A DNA stretch of 64,000 bases from the NCBI GenBank assembly GCA_040954595.2, contig CM082587.2, forward strand, positions 11,537,403 to 11,601,402, read 5' to 3'. The translations under genes were made by a program, and so were the position numbers. The DNA is from Balanoglossus misakiensis. Taxonomy: Eukaryota > Animalia > Hemichordata. Every line of letters starts with the position of its first letter. Position 1 is the stretch's first letter. This document shows positions 14,301 to 28,283 of this stretch, one piece after another. The notes beneath the pieces are model-generated. The model saw only the letters and a program-made list of their open reading frames with translations. It searched no databases and was not told the origin of the DNA.

Positions 14301-17300
14301 GAACAAGTCGATTTTTCTACGGCCTGGCACGGCTAAATCTCGTCACAATATGACAGACACTAGCGTACGTTAGCAACGGTGATCAAGTCAGATTTTCAAC
14401 GGCATGGGTTGGATGAAGCCCCGGCACTCTAGAGCAGAAACACGCATACAGAGACCACGTTGATCAAGTCTGATCTCCTACGGCTTGGCTCGACTAAAAC
14501 CCCGGCACACTATGACAGACACTAGCGTTCGTTAGCAACGTTGATCAAGTCAGATTTCCTACGGCATGGCTTTGCTAAAGCCCTGACACTCTAGAGCAGA
14601 AACACGCGTACAGAGACCACGTTGATCTACTCACATTTCCTTCGGCCTGGCACGGCTGATGCCCCGGCACTATATATAGGACACAGACTGGCGTAAGTTA
14701 ACAACGGTAATCACGTCGGGTTTCCTACGGCCTGGCTCAGCTGAAGCCCCGGCACTCTAGAGCAGAAACAGGCGTACATTGACCACGTTGATCAAGTCAG
14801 ATTTCCTACGGCGTGACTCGGCTGGTGCACCGGCTCTATATGACACAGACTGGCGTAAGTTATCAACGGTGATTACGTCGGATTTCCTACGGCCTGGTTT
14901 AGCTGAAGCCCCGGCACTTTAAAGCGGAAACACGCGTACATTGACCACGATGATCAAGTCAGATCTCCTACGGCCTGGCTCGACTAAAACCCCGGCACAC
15001 CATGACAGACACTAGCGTTCGTTAGCAACGGTGATCAAGTCGGATTTCCTTCGGCCTGGCTCTGCAAAAGACCCGACACTCTAGTACAAAGACGTTGGCT
15101 AAGTCGGGCAAACCGAACAGGGAAAGTCACAGCGGGTCAACACTCGACATTTGTTCCGGTAGGACTGCTTTATTGCCTGTCAATTTATAGAGAAAGCCCG
15201 AATTTAACCAGGGCGTTTCAAACACCGACGTTAGTTGGGGGCACGGCCTGCAGTACTGCCGGGTAAGCTGACATCAGCGTACCGCATATAATGTAGGGGG
15301 GGAACAGAACGGTTAAATACTACATTTATCAGATATCAGCTAATTTTGGACAATCATCTAAAATGTAAATCATCTTTTCATATTTGGATATCTGATGAAG
15401 TATGAAATTTCCAATATATGTAAAAATGGTGCTGATTATAAAAAATGCACTCTGAATGAGCTGATTTAATACAAAATTGCGTTTTATTCGTTTTTGCACC
15501 AAAAAGGTCATTTTTAGGCAAAACATTCTTTATTTTTTTAATTCGGTGACCTGATCATATATAAGCAATTTCTTGCATGTTAAAAGTTTTTATGACTTTT
15601 AAAAGCAGTGACACTGGCGGCATTCAACACGAAAATAACAATTTTAACCACAATTTGGTCAAAATGGTAAATTTTTGAAAATTACAAAAAATACCTGTTT
15701 TCTACATTTTCGGAAATCTGATGGAGTATAGAATGCTCTTCGTATATATATATCGATACAAATTCCACAAAAGACCGTCTAATTTGGCTCACTGCAGACA
15801 AAATTGCGTTTTACCAAATTTTCCTTGAAAATGTCATTTTTAGAAAAATAAAATAAAAAAACCTTCGTTCTTCGAATTTGGTGCCCTGATCATATATGAT
15901 ATGTTGATTGTATGTTAAAACTTTCGACCACTCCAAAAATGCAGAGATATTGACGGAATTCAAGAAAAAATAGCCATTTTGGCCATATTTTGACAAAATG
16001 GTACATTTTTAAAAAATCATAAAAAATAAACTCTTTTCTTCATTTTCGGAAATATTATGGAGCATGAAGTGTCGTTCTCTTGTAAAAAGTGCTGCAAATT
16101 CCAGAAAATGTGGTATAATTTGAATCACCCAAGACAAAATTACCATTTTCGACTTGTTTTCGAAAAATTGTCTTTTTTACAAAATAAATAAGAATAAATT
16201 CTTTTCTTAGTTTCAAACGGGTAGAGATACTTTCCACACGGGTTTTCTAACATTGAATTCCCGTTTATCAACTCAGATTTCCTACAGCATAAGTCGGCTA
16301 AAACCCTGACACTCTAGAGCAGAAACAGTTGCACACTGATAACGTTGAACAAGTCGATTTTTCTACGGCCTGGCACGGCTAAATCTCGTCACAATATGAC
16401 AGACACTAGCGTACGTTAGCAACGGTGATCAAGTCAGATTTTCAACGGCATGGGTTGGATAAAGCCCCGGCACTCTAGAGCAGAAACACGCGTACAGAGA
16501 CCACGTTGATCAAGTCTGATCTCCTACGGCTTGGCTCGACTAAAACCCCGGCACACTATGACAGACACTAGCGTTCGTTAGCAACGTTGATCAAGTCAGA
16601 TTTCCTACGGCATGGCTTTGCTAAAGCCCTGACACTCTAGAGCAGAAACACGCGTACAGAGACCACGTTGATCTACTCACATTTCCTTCGGCCTGGCACG
16701 GCTGATGCCCGGGCACTATATATAGGACACAGACTGGCGTAAGTTAACAACGGTAATCACGTCGGTTTTCCTACGGCCTGGCTCAGCTGAAGCCCCGGCA
16801 CTCTAGAGCAGAAACAGGCGTACATTGACCACGTTGATCAAGTCAGATTTCCTACGGCGTGACTCGGCTGGTGCACCGGCTCTATATGACACAGACTGGC
16901 GTAAGTTATCAACGGTGATTACGTCGGATTTCCTACGGCCTGGTTTAGCTGAAGCCCCGGCACTTTAGAGCGGAAACACGCGTACATTGACCACGATGAT
17001 CAAGTCAGATCTCCTACGGCCTGGCTCGACTAAAACCCCGGCACATCATGACAGACACTAGCGTTCGTTAGCAACGGTGATCAAGTCGGATTTCCTTCGG
17101 CCTGGCTCTGCAAAAGACCCGACACTCTAGTACAAAGACGTTGGCTAAGTCGGGCAAACCGAACAGGGAAAGTCACAGCGGGTCAACACTCGACATTTGT
17201 TCCGGTAGGACTGCTTTATTGCCTGTTAATTTATAGAGAAAGCCCGAATTTAACCAGGGCGTTTCAAACACCGACGTTAGTTGGGGGCACGGCCTGCAGT

Positions 17301-19194
17301 ACTGCCGGGTAAGCTGACATCAGCGTACCGCATATAATGTAGGGGGGGGGGAACAGAACGGTTAAATACTACATTTATCAGATATCAGCTAATTTTGGAC
17401 AATCATCTAAAATGTAAATCATCTTTTCATATTTGGATATCTGATGATGTATGAAATTTCCAATATATGTAAAAATGGTGCTGATTATAAAAAATGCACT
17501 CTGAATGAGCTGATTTAATACAAAATTGCGTTTTATTCGTTTTTGCACCAAAAAGGTCATTTTTAGGCAAAACATTCTTTATTTTTTTAATTCGGTGACC
17601 TGATCATATATAAGCAATTGCTTGCATGTTAAAAGTTTTTATGACTTTTAAAAGCAGTGACACTGGCGGCATTCAACACGAAAATAACAATTTTAACCAC
17701 AATTTGGTCAAAATGGTAAATTTTTGAAAATTACAAAAAATACCTGTTTTCTACATTTTCGGAAATCTGATGGAGTATAGAATGCTCTTCGTATATATAT
17801 ATATCGATACAAATTCCACAAAAGACCGTCTAATTTGGCTCACTGCAGACAAAATTGCGTTTTATCAAATTTTCCTTGAAAATGTCATTTTTAGAAAAAT
17901 AAAATAAAAAAAACCTTCGTTCTTCAAATTTGGTGCCCTGATCATATATGATATGTTGATTGTATGTTAAAACTTTCGACCACTCCAAAAATGCAGAGAT
18001 ATTGACGGAATTCAAGAAAAAATAGCCATTTTGGCCATATTTCGACAAAATGGTACATTTTTAAAAAATCATAAAAAATAAACTCTTTTCTTCATTTTCG
18101 GAAATATTATGGAGCATGAAGTGTCGTTCTCTTGTAAAAAGTGCTGCAAATTCCAGAAAATGTGGTATAATTTGAATCACCCAAGACAAAATTACCATTT
18201 TCGACATGTTTTCGAAAAATTGTCTTTTTTACAAAATAAATAAGAATACATTCTTTTCTTAGTTTCAAACGGGTAGGGATACTTTCCACACGGGTTTTCT
18301 AACATTGAATTCCCGTTCATCAACTCAGATTTCCTACAGCATAAGTCGGCTAAAACCCTGACACTCTAGAGCAGAAACAGTTGCACACTGGTAACGTTGA
18401 ACAAGTCGATTTTTCTACGACCTGGCTCGGCTAAATCTCCGTCACAATATGACAGACACTAGCGTACGTTAGCAACGGTGATCAAGTCAGATTTTCTACG
18501 GCATGGCTTGGATAAAGCCCCGGCACTCTAGAGCAAAAACACGCGTACAAAGACCACGTTGATCAAGTCTGATCTCCTACGGCTTGGCTCGACTAAAACC
18601 CCGGCACACTATGACAGACACTAGCGTTCGTTAGCAACGTTGATCAAGTCAGATTTCCTACGGCATGGCTTTGCTAAAGCCCTGACACTCTAGAGCAGAA
18701 ACACGCGTACAGAGACCACGTTGATCTACTCACATTTCCTTCGGCCTGGCACGGCTGATGCCCCGGCACTATATATAGGACACAGACTGGCGTAAGTTAA
18801 CAACGGTAATCACGTCGGGTTTCCTACGGCCTGGCTCAGCTGAAGCCCCGGCACTCTAGAGCAGAAACAGGCGTACATTGACCACGTTGATCAAGTCAGA
18901 TTTCCTACGGCGTGACTCGGCTGGTGCACCGGCTCTATATGACACAGACTGGCGTAAGTTATCAACGGTGATTACGTCGGATTTCCTACGGCCTGGTTTA
19001 GCTGAAGCCCCGGCACTTTAGAGCGGAAACACGCGTACATTGACCACGATGATCAAGTCAGATCTCCTACGGCCTGGCTCGACTAAAACCCCGGCACACC
19101 ATGACAGACACTAGCGTTCGTTAGCAACGGTGATCAAGTCGGATTTCCTTCGGCCTGGCTCTGCAAAAGACCCGACACTCTAGTACAAAGACGT

Positions 19195-22100
19195 TGGCTA
19201 TTTTTTCTTGAATTCCGTCAATATCTCTGCATTTTTGGAGTGGTCGAAAGTTTTAACATACAATCACATATCATATATGATCAGGGCACCAAATTCGAAG
19301 AACGAAGGTTTTTTTATTTTATTTTTCTAAAAATGACATTTTCAAGGAAAATTTGGTAAAACGCAATTTTGTCTGCAGTGAGCCAAATTAGACGGTCTTT
19401 TGTGGAATTTGTATCGATATATATATACGAAGAGCATTCTATACTCCATCAGATTTCCGAAAATGTAGAAAACAGGTATTTTTTGTAATTTTCAAAAATT
19501 TACCATTTTGACCAAATTGTGGTTAAAATTGTTATTTTCGTGTTGAATGCCGCCAGTGTCACTGCTTTTAAAAGTCATAAAAACTTTTAACATGCAAGCA
19601 ATTGCTTATATATGATCAGGTCACCGAATTAAAAAAATAAAGAATGTTTTGCCTAAAAATGACCTTTTTGGTGCAAAAACGAATAAAACGCAATTTTGTA
19701 TTAAATCAGCTCATTCAGAGTGCATTTTTTATAATCAGCACCATTTTTACATATATTGGAAATTTCATACATCATCAGATATCCAAATATGAAAAGATGA
19801 TTTACATTTTAGATGATTGTCCAAAATTAGCTGATATCTGATAAATGTAGTATTTAACCGTTCTGTTCCCCCCCCCCCTACATTATATGCGGTACGCTGA
19901 TGTCAGCTTACCCGGCAGTACTGCAGGCCGTGCCCCCAACTAACGTCGGTGTTTGAAACGCCCTGGTTAAATTCGGGCTTTCTCTATAAATTGACAGGCA
20001 ATAAAGCAGTCCTACCGGAACAAATGTCGAGTGTTGACCCGCTGTGACTTTCCCTGTTCGGTTTGCCCGACTTAGCCAACGTCTTTGTACTAGAGTGTCG
20101 GGTCTTTTGCAGAGCCAGGCCGAAGGAAATCCGACTTGATCACCGTTGCTAACGAACGCTAGTGTCTGTCATGGTGTGCCGGGGTTTTAGTCGAGCCAGG
20201 CCGTAGGAGATCTGACTTGATCATCGTGGTCAATGTACGCGTGTTTCCGCTCTAAAGTGCCGGGGCTTCAGCTAAACCAGGCCGTAGGAAATCCGACGTA
20301 ATCACCGTTGATAACTTACGCCAGTCTGTGTCATATAGAGCCGGTGCACCAGCCGAGTCACGCCGTAGGAAATCTGACTTGATCAACGTGGTCAATGTAC
20401 GCCTGTTTCTGCTCTAGAGTGCCGGGGCTTCAGCTGAGCCAGGCCGTAGGAAACCCGACGTGATTACCGTTGTTAACTTACGCCAGTCTGTGTCCTATAT
20501 ATAGTGCCGGGGCATCAGCCGTGCCAGGCCGAAGGAAATGTGAGTAGATCAACGTGGTCTCTGTACGCGTGTTTCTGCTCTAGAGTGTCAGGGCTTTAGC
20601 AAAGCCATGCCGTAGGAAATCTGACTTGATCAACGTTGCTAACGAACGCTAGTGTCTGTCATAGTGTGCCGGGGTTTTAGTCGAGCCAAGCCGTAGGAGA
20701 TCAGACTTGATCAACGTGGTCTCTGTACGCGTGTTTCTGCTCTAGAGTGCCGGGGCTTTATCCAACCCATGCCGTTGAAAATCTGACTTGATCACCGTTG
20801 CTAACGTACGCTAGTGTCTGTCATATTGTGACGAGATTTAGCCGTGCCAGGCCGTAGAAAAATCGACTTGTTCAACGTTATCAGTGTGCAACTGTTTCTG
20901 CTCTAGAGTGTCAGGGTTTTAGCCGACTTATGCTGTAGGAAATCTGAGTTGATAAACGGGAATTCAATGTTAGAAAACCCGTGTGGAAAGTATCTCTACC
21001 CGTTTGAAACTAAGAAAAGAATTTATTCTTATTTATTTTGTAAAAAAGACAATTTTTCGAAAACAAGTCGAAAATGGTAATTTTGTCTTGGGTGATTCAA
21101 ATTATACCACATTTTCTGGAATTTGCAGCACTTTTTACAAAAGAACGACACATCATGCTCCATAATATTTCCGAAAATGAAGAAAAGAGTTTATTTTTTA
21201 TGATTTTTTAAAAATGTACCATTTTGTCAAAATATGGCCAAAATGGCTATTTTTTCTTGAATTCCGTCAATATCTCTGCATTTTTGGAGTGGTCGAAAGT
21301 TTTAACATACAATCAACATATCATATATGATCAGGGCACCAAATTCGAAGAACGAAGGTTTTTTTATTTTATTTTTCTAAAAATGACATTTTCAAGGAAA
21401 ATTTGGTAATACGCAATTTTGTCTGCAGTGAGCCAAATTAGACGGTCTTTTGTGGAATTTGTATCGATATATATATACGAAGAGCATTCTATACTCCATC
21501 AGATTTCCGAAAATGTAGAAAACAGGTATTTTTTGTAATTTTCAAAAATTTACCATTTTGACCAAATTGTGGTTAAAATTGTTATTTTCGTGTTGAATGC
21601 CGCCAGTGTCACTGCTTTTAAAAGTCATAAAAACTTTTAACATGCAAGCAATTGCTTATATATGATCAGGTCACCGAATTAAAAAAAATAAAGAATGTTT
21701 TGCCTAAAAATGACCTTTTTGGTGCAAAAACGAATAAAACGCAATTTTGTATTAAATCAGCTCATTCAGAGTGCATTTTTTATAATCAGCACCATTTTTA
21801 CATATATTGGAAATTTCATACTTCATCAGATATCCAAATATGAAAAGATGATTTACATTTTAGATGATTGTCCAAAATTAGCTGATATCTGATAAATGTA
21901 GTATTTAACCGTTCTGTTCCCCCCCCCCCCCCTACATTATATGCGGTACGCTGATGTCAGCTTACCCGGCAGTACTGCAGGCCGTGCCCCCAACTAACGT
22001 CGGTGTTTGAAACGCCCTGGTTAAATTCGGGCTTTCTCTATAAATTGACAGGCAATAAAGCAGTCCTACCGGAACAAATGTCGAGTGTTGACCCGCTGTG

Positions 22101-25100
22101 ACTTTCCCTGTTCGGTTTGCCCGACTTAGCCAACGTCTTTGTACTAGAGTGTCGGGTCTTTTGCAGAGCCAGGCCGAAGGAAATCCGACTTGATCACCGT
22201 TGCTAACGAACGCTAGTGTCTGTCATGGTGTGCCGGGGTTTTAGTCGAGCCAGGCCGTAGGAGATCTGACTTGATCATCGTGGTCAATGTACGCGTGTTT
22301 CCGCTCTAAAGTGCCGGGGCTTCAGCTAAACCAGGCCGTAGGAAATCCGACGTAATCACCGTTGATAACTTACGCCAGTCTGTGTCATATAGAGCCGGTG
22401 CACCAGCCGAGTCACGCCGTAGGAAATCTGACTTGATCAACGTGGTCAATGTACGCCTGTTTCTGCTCTAGAGTGCCGGGGCTTCAGCTGAGCCAGGCCG
22501 TAGGAAACCCGACGTGATTACCGTTGTTAACTTACGCCAGTCTGTGTCCTATATATAGTGCCGGGGCATCAGCCGTGCCAGGCCGAAGGAAATGTGAGTA
22601 GATCAACGTGGTCTCTGTACGCGTGTTTCTGCTCTAGAGTGTCAGGGCTTTAGCAAAGCCATGCCGTAGGAAATCTGACTTGATCAACGTTGCTAACGAA
22701 CGCTAGTGTCTGTCATAGTGTGCCGGGGTTTTAGTCGAGCCAAGCCGTAGGAGATCAGACTTGATCAACGTGGTCTCTGTACGCGTGTTTCTGCTCTAGA
22801 GTGCCGGGGCTTTATCCAACCCATGCCGTTGAAAATCTGACTTGATCACCGTTGCTAACGTACGCTAGAGTCTGTCATATTGTGACGAGATTTAGCCGTG
22901 CCAGGCCGTAGAAAAATCGACTTGTTCAACGTTATCAGTGTGCAACTGTTTCTGCTCTAGAGTGTCAGGGTTTTAGCCGACTTATGCTGTAGGAAATCTG
23001 AGTTGATAAACGGGAATTCAATGTTAGAAAACCCGTGTGGAAAGTATCTCTACCCGTTTGAAACTAAGAAAAGAATTTATTCTTATTTATTTTGTAAAAA
23101 AGACAATTTTTCGAAAACAAGTCGAAAATGGTAATTTTGTCTTGGGTGATTCAAATTATACCACATTTTCTGGAATTTGCAGCACTTTTTACAAGAGAAC
23201 GACACTTCATGCTCCATAATATTTCCGAAAATGAAGAAAAGAGTTTATTTTTTATGATTTTTTAAAAATGTACCATTTTGTCAAAATATGGCCAAAATGG
23301 CTATTTTTTCTTGAATTCCGTCAATATCTCTGCATTTTTGGAGTGGTCGAAAGTTTTAACATACAATCAACATATCATATATGATCAGGGCACCAAATTC
23401 GAAGAACGAAGGTTTTTTTATTTTATTTTTCTAAAAATGACATTTTCAAGGAAAATTTGGTAAAACGCAATTTTGTCTGCAGTGAGCCAAATTAGACGGT
23501 CTTTTGTGGAATTTGTATCGATATATATATACGAAGAGCATTCTATACTCCATCAGATTTCCGAAAATGTAGAAAACAGGTATTTTTTGTAATTTTCAAA
23601 AATTTACCATTTTGACCAAATTGTGGTTAAAATTGTTATTTTCGTGTTGAATGCCGCCAGTGTCACTGCTTTTAAAAGTCATAAAAACTTTTAACATGCA
23701 AGCAATTGCTTATATATGATCAGGTCACCGAATTAAAAAAATAAAGAATGTTTTGCCTAAAAATGACCTTTTTGGTGCAAAAACGAATAAAACGCAATTT
23801 TGTATTAAATCAGCTCATTCAGAGTGCATTTTTTATAATCAGCACCATTTTTACATATATTGGAAATTTCATACATCATCAGATATCCAAATATGAAAAG
23901 ATGATTTACATTTTAGATGATTGTCCAAAATTAGCTGATATCTGATAAATGTAGTATTTAACCGTTCTGTTCCCCCCCCCCCCTACATTATATGCGGTAC
24001 GCTGATGTCAGCTTACCCGGCAGTACTGCAGGCCGTGCCCCCAACTAACGTCGGTGTTTGAAACGCCCTGGTTAAATTCGGGCTTTCTCTATAAATTGAC
24101 AGGCAATAAAGCAGTCCTACCGGAACAAATGTCGAGTGTTGACCCGCTGTGACTTTCCCTGTTCGGTTTGCCCGACTTAGCCAACGTCTTTGTACTAGAG
24201 TGTCGGGTCTTTTGCAGAGCCAGGCCGAAGGAAATCCGACTTGATCACCGTTGCTAACGAACGCTAGTGTCTGTCATGGTGTGCCGGGGTTTTAGTCGAG
24301 CCAGGCCGTAGGAGATCTGACTTGATCATCGTGGTCAATGTACGCGTGTTTCCGCTCTAAAGTGCCGGGGCTTCAGCTAAACCAGGCCGTAGGAAATCCG
24401 ACGTAATCACCGTTGATAACTTACGCCAGTCTGTGTCATATAGAGCCGGTGCACCAGCCGAGTCACGCCGTAGGAAATCTGACTTGATCAACGTGGTCAA
24501 TGTACGCCTGTTTCTGCTCTAGAGTGCCGGGGCTTCAGCTGAGCCAGGCCGTAGGAAACCCGACGTGATTACCGTTGTTAACTTACGCCAGTCTGTGTCC
24601 TATATATAGTGCCGGGGCATCAGCCGTGCCAGGCCGAAGGAAATGTGAGTAGATCAACGTGGTCTCTGTACGCGTGTTTCTGCTCTAGAGTGTCAGGGCT
24701 TTAGCAAAGCCATGCCGTAGGAAATCTGACTTGATCAACGTTGCTAACGAACGCTAGTGTCTGTCATAGTGTGCAGGGGTTTTAGTCGAGCCAAGCCGTA
24801 GGAGATCAGACTTGATCAACGTGGTCTCTGTACGCGTGTTTCTGCTCTAGAGTGCCGGGGCTTTATCCAACCCATGCCGTTGAAAATCTGACTTGATCAC
24901 CGTTGCTAACGTACGATAGTGTCTGTCATATTGTGACGGAGATTTAGCCGAGCCAGGCCGTAGAAAAATCGACTTGTTCAACGTTACCAGTGTGCAACTG
25001 TTTCTGCTCTAAAGTCTCAGGGTTTTAGCCGACTTATGCTGTAGGAAATCTGAGTTGATGAACGGGAATTCAATGTTAGAAAACCCGTGTGGAAAGTATC

Positions 25101-28100
25101 TCTACCCGTTTGAAACTAAGAAAAGAATTAATTCTTATTTATTTTGTAAAAAAGACAATTTTTCGAAAAAAAGTCGAAAATGGTAATTTTGTCTTGGGTG
25201 ATTCAAATTATACCGCCTTTTCTGGAATTTGCAGCACTTTTTACAAGAGAACGACACTTCATGCTCCATAATATTTCCGAAAATGAAGAAAAGAGTTAAT
25301 TTTTTATGATTTTTTAAAAATTTACCATTTTTGTCAAAATATGGCCAAAATGGCTATTTTTTCTTGAATTCCGTCAATATCTCTGCATTTTTGGAGTGGT
25401 CGAAAGTTTTAACATACAATCAACATGTCATATATGATCAGGGCACCAAATTCGAAGATAAAAGGTTTTTTTATTTTTTTTTTCTAAAAATGACATTTTC
25501 AAGGAAAATTTTGTAAAACGCAATTTTGTCTGCAGTGAGCCAAATTAGACGGTCTTTTGTGGAATTTGTATCGATATATACGTACGAAGAGCATTCTATA
25601 CTCCATCAGATTTCCGAAAATGTAGAAAACAGGTATTTTTTGTAATTTTCAAAAATTTACCATTTTGACCAAATTGTGGCTAAAATTGTTATTTTCGTGT
25701 TGAATGCCGCCAGTGTCACTGCTTTTAAAAGTCATAAAAACTTTTAACATACAAGCAATTGTTTATATATAATCAGGTCACCGAATTAAAAAAATAAAGA
25801 ATGTTTTGCCTAAAAATGACCTTTTTGGTGCAAAAACGAATAAAACGCAATTTTGCATTAAATCAGCTCATTCAGAGTGCATTTTTATAATCAGCACCAT
25901 TTTTACATATAATGGAAATGTCATACATCATCAGATATCCAAATATGAAAAGATGATTTACATTTTAGATGATTGTCCAAAATTAGCTGATATCTGATAA
26001 ATGTAGTATTTAACCGTTCTGTCCCCCCCCCCTACATTATATGCGGTACGCTGATGTCAGCTTACCCGGCAGTACTGCAGGCCGTGCCCCCAACTAACGT
26101 CGGTGTTTGAAACGCCCTGGTTAAATTCGGGCTTTCTCTATAAATTGACAGGCAATAATGCAGTCCTACCGGAACAAATGTCGAGTGTTGACCCGCTGTG
26201 ACTTTCCCTGTTCGGTTTGCCCGACTTAGCCAACGTCTTTGTACTAGAGTGTCGGGTCTTTTACAGAGCCAGGCCGAAGGAAATCCGACTTGATCACCGT
26301 TGCTAACGAACGCTAATGTCTGTCATGGTGTGCCGGGGTTTTAGTCGAGCCAGGCCGTAGGAGATCTGACTTGATCATCGTGGTCAATGTACGCGTGTTT
26401 CCGCTCTAAAGTGCCGGGGCTTCAGCTAAACCAGGCCGTAGGAAATCCGACGTAATCACCGTTGATAACTTACGCCAGTCTGTGTCATATAGAGCCGGTG
26501 CACCAGCCGAGTCACGCCGTAGGAAATCTGACTTGATCAACGTGGTCAATGTACGCCTGTTTCTGCTCTAGAGTGCCGGGGCTTCAGCTGAGCCAGGCCG
26601 TAGGAAACCCGACGTGATTACCGTTGTTAACTTACGCCAGTCTGTGTCCTATATATAGTGCCGGGGCATCAGCCGTGCCAGGCCGAAGGAAATGTGAGTA
26701 GATCAACGTGGTCTCTGTACGCGTGTTTCTGCTCTAGAGTGTCAGGGCTTTAGCAAAGCCATGCCGTAGGAAATCTGACTTGATCAACGTTGCTAACGAA
26801 CGCTAGTGTCTGTCATAGTGTGCCGGGGTTTTAGTCGAGCCAAGCCGTAGGAGATCAGACTTGATCAACGTGGTCTCTGTACGCGTGTTTCTGCTCTAGA
26901 GTGCCGGGGCTTTATCCAACCCATGCCGTTGAAAATCTGACTTGATCACCGTTGCTAACGTACGATAGTGTCTGTCATATTGTGACGGAGATTTAGCCGA
27001 GCCAGGCCGTAGAAAAATCGACTTGTTCAACGTTACCAGTGTGCAACTGTTTCTGCTCTAAAGTCTCAGGGTTTTAGCCGACTTATGCTGTAGGCAATCT
27101 GAGTTGATGAACGGGAATTCAATGTTAGAAAACCCGTGTGGAAAGTATCTCTACCCGTTTGAAACTAAGAAAAGAATTAATTCTTATTTATTTTGTAAAA
27201 AAGACAATTTTTCGAAAAAAAGTCGAAAATGGTAATTTTGTCTTGGGTGATTCAAATTATACCGCCTTTTCTGGAATTTGCAGCACTTTTTACAAGAGAA
27301 CGACACTTCATGCTCCATAATATTTCCGAAAATGAAGAAAAGAGTTAATTTTTTATGATTTTTTAAAAATTTACCATTTTTGTCAAAATATGGCCAAAAT
27401 GGCTATTTTTTCTTGAATTCCGTCAATATCTCTGCATTTTTGGAAAGTTTTAACATACAATCAACATGTCATATATGATCAGGGCACCAAATTCGAAAAT
27501 AAAAGGTTTTTTTATTTTTTTTTTCTAAAAATGACATTTTCAAGGAAAATTTTGTAAAACGCAATTTTGTCTGCAGTGAGCCAAATTAGACGGTCTTTTG
27601 TGGAATTTGTATCGATATATACATACGAAGAGCATTCTATACTCCATCAGATTTCCGAAAATGTAGAAAACAGGTATTTTTTGTAATTTTCAAAAATTTA
27701 CCATTTTGACCAAATTGTGGCTAAAATTGTTATTTTCGTGTTGAATGCCGCCAGTGTCACTGCTTTTAAAAGTCATAAAAACTTTTAACATACAAGCAAT
27801 TGTTTATATATGATCAGGTCACCGAATTAAAAAAATAAAGAATGTTTTGCCTAAAAATGACCTTTTTGGTGCAAAAACGAATAAAACGCAATTTTGCATT
27901 AAATCAGCTCATTCAGAGTGCATTTTTATAATCAGCACCATTTTTACATATAATGGAAATGTCATACATCATCAGATATCCAAATATGAAAAGATGATTT
28001 ACATTTTAGATGATTGTCCAAAATTAGCTGATATCTGATAAATGTAGTATTTAACCGTTCTGTTCCCCCCCCCCCCCCTACATTATATGCGGTACGCTGA

Positions 28101-28251
28101 TGTCAGCTTACCCGGCAGTACTGCAGGCCGTGCCCCCAACTAACGTCGGTGTTTGAAACGCCCTGGTTAAATTTGGGCTTTCTCTATAAATTGACAGGCA
28201 ATAATGCAGTCCTACCGGAACAAATGTCGAGTGTTGACCCGCTGTGACTTT
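19195..28251 (-). repeat. Same macrosatellite in inverted orientation (right arm, first segment)
   Basis: Reverse complement of the left-arm unit. The same spurious ORFs appear on + at 19644, 21695, 23748, 25806 and 27847. Junction acgtTGGCTA|ttttttcttg. Confidence 0.97.
28235..28251 (+). repeat. Target-site duplication of the L1/Tx1 element (left copy; right copy 32878-32894), 14-17 bp
   Basis: TGACCCGCTGTGAC(TTT) occurs once in intact units but on both sides of the insertion. The last three T are ambiguous with the tail. Confidence 0.93.
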
Positions 28252-28283
28252 TTTTTTTTTTTTTTTTTTTAATACTTTTTATT
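28249..28283 (-). terminator. Polyadenylation signal and poly(A) tail of the L1/Tx1 element
   Basis: The minus strand reads ...cccAATAAAaagtatt followed by ~22 A. Confidence 0.88.

Larger units (their letters stand above)
1..19200 (+). repeat. ~2.05-kb macrosatellite tandem array, left arm (~9.7 near-identical units)
   Basis: A common landmark (cgttTTAccaa) recurs at 225, 2112, 3999, 6050, 8099, 9660, 11713, 13765, 15811 and 17862, giving unit lengths of 1887, 1887, 2051, 2049, 1561, 2053, 2052, 2046 and 2051 bp. Strand label is arbitrary. Confidence 0.98.

Noticed and set aside
225-27320. Repeated 60-80 aa ORFs (MSKYGQ..., MESIST..., MFCLKM...) as a multicopy peptide gene family
   Set aside because: Mostly TTG/GTG starts, F/K/I/N-biased composition from AT-rich DNA, freely frameshifted by homopolymer changes between units, and no recognisable domain.
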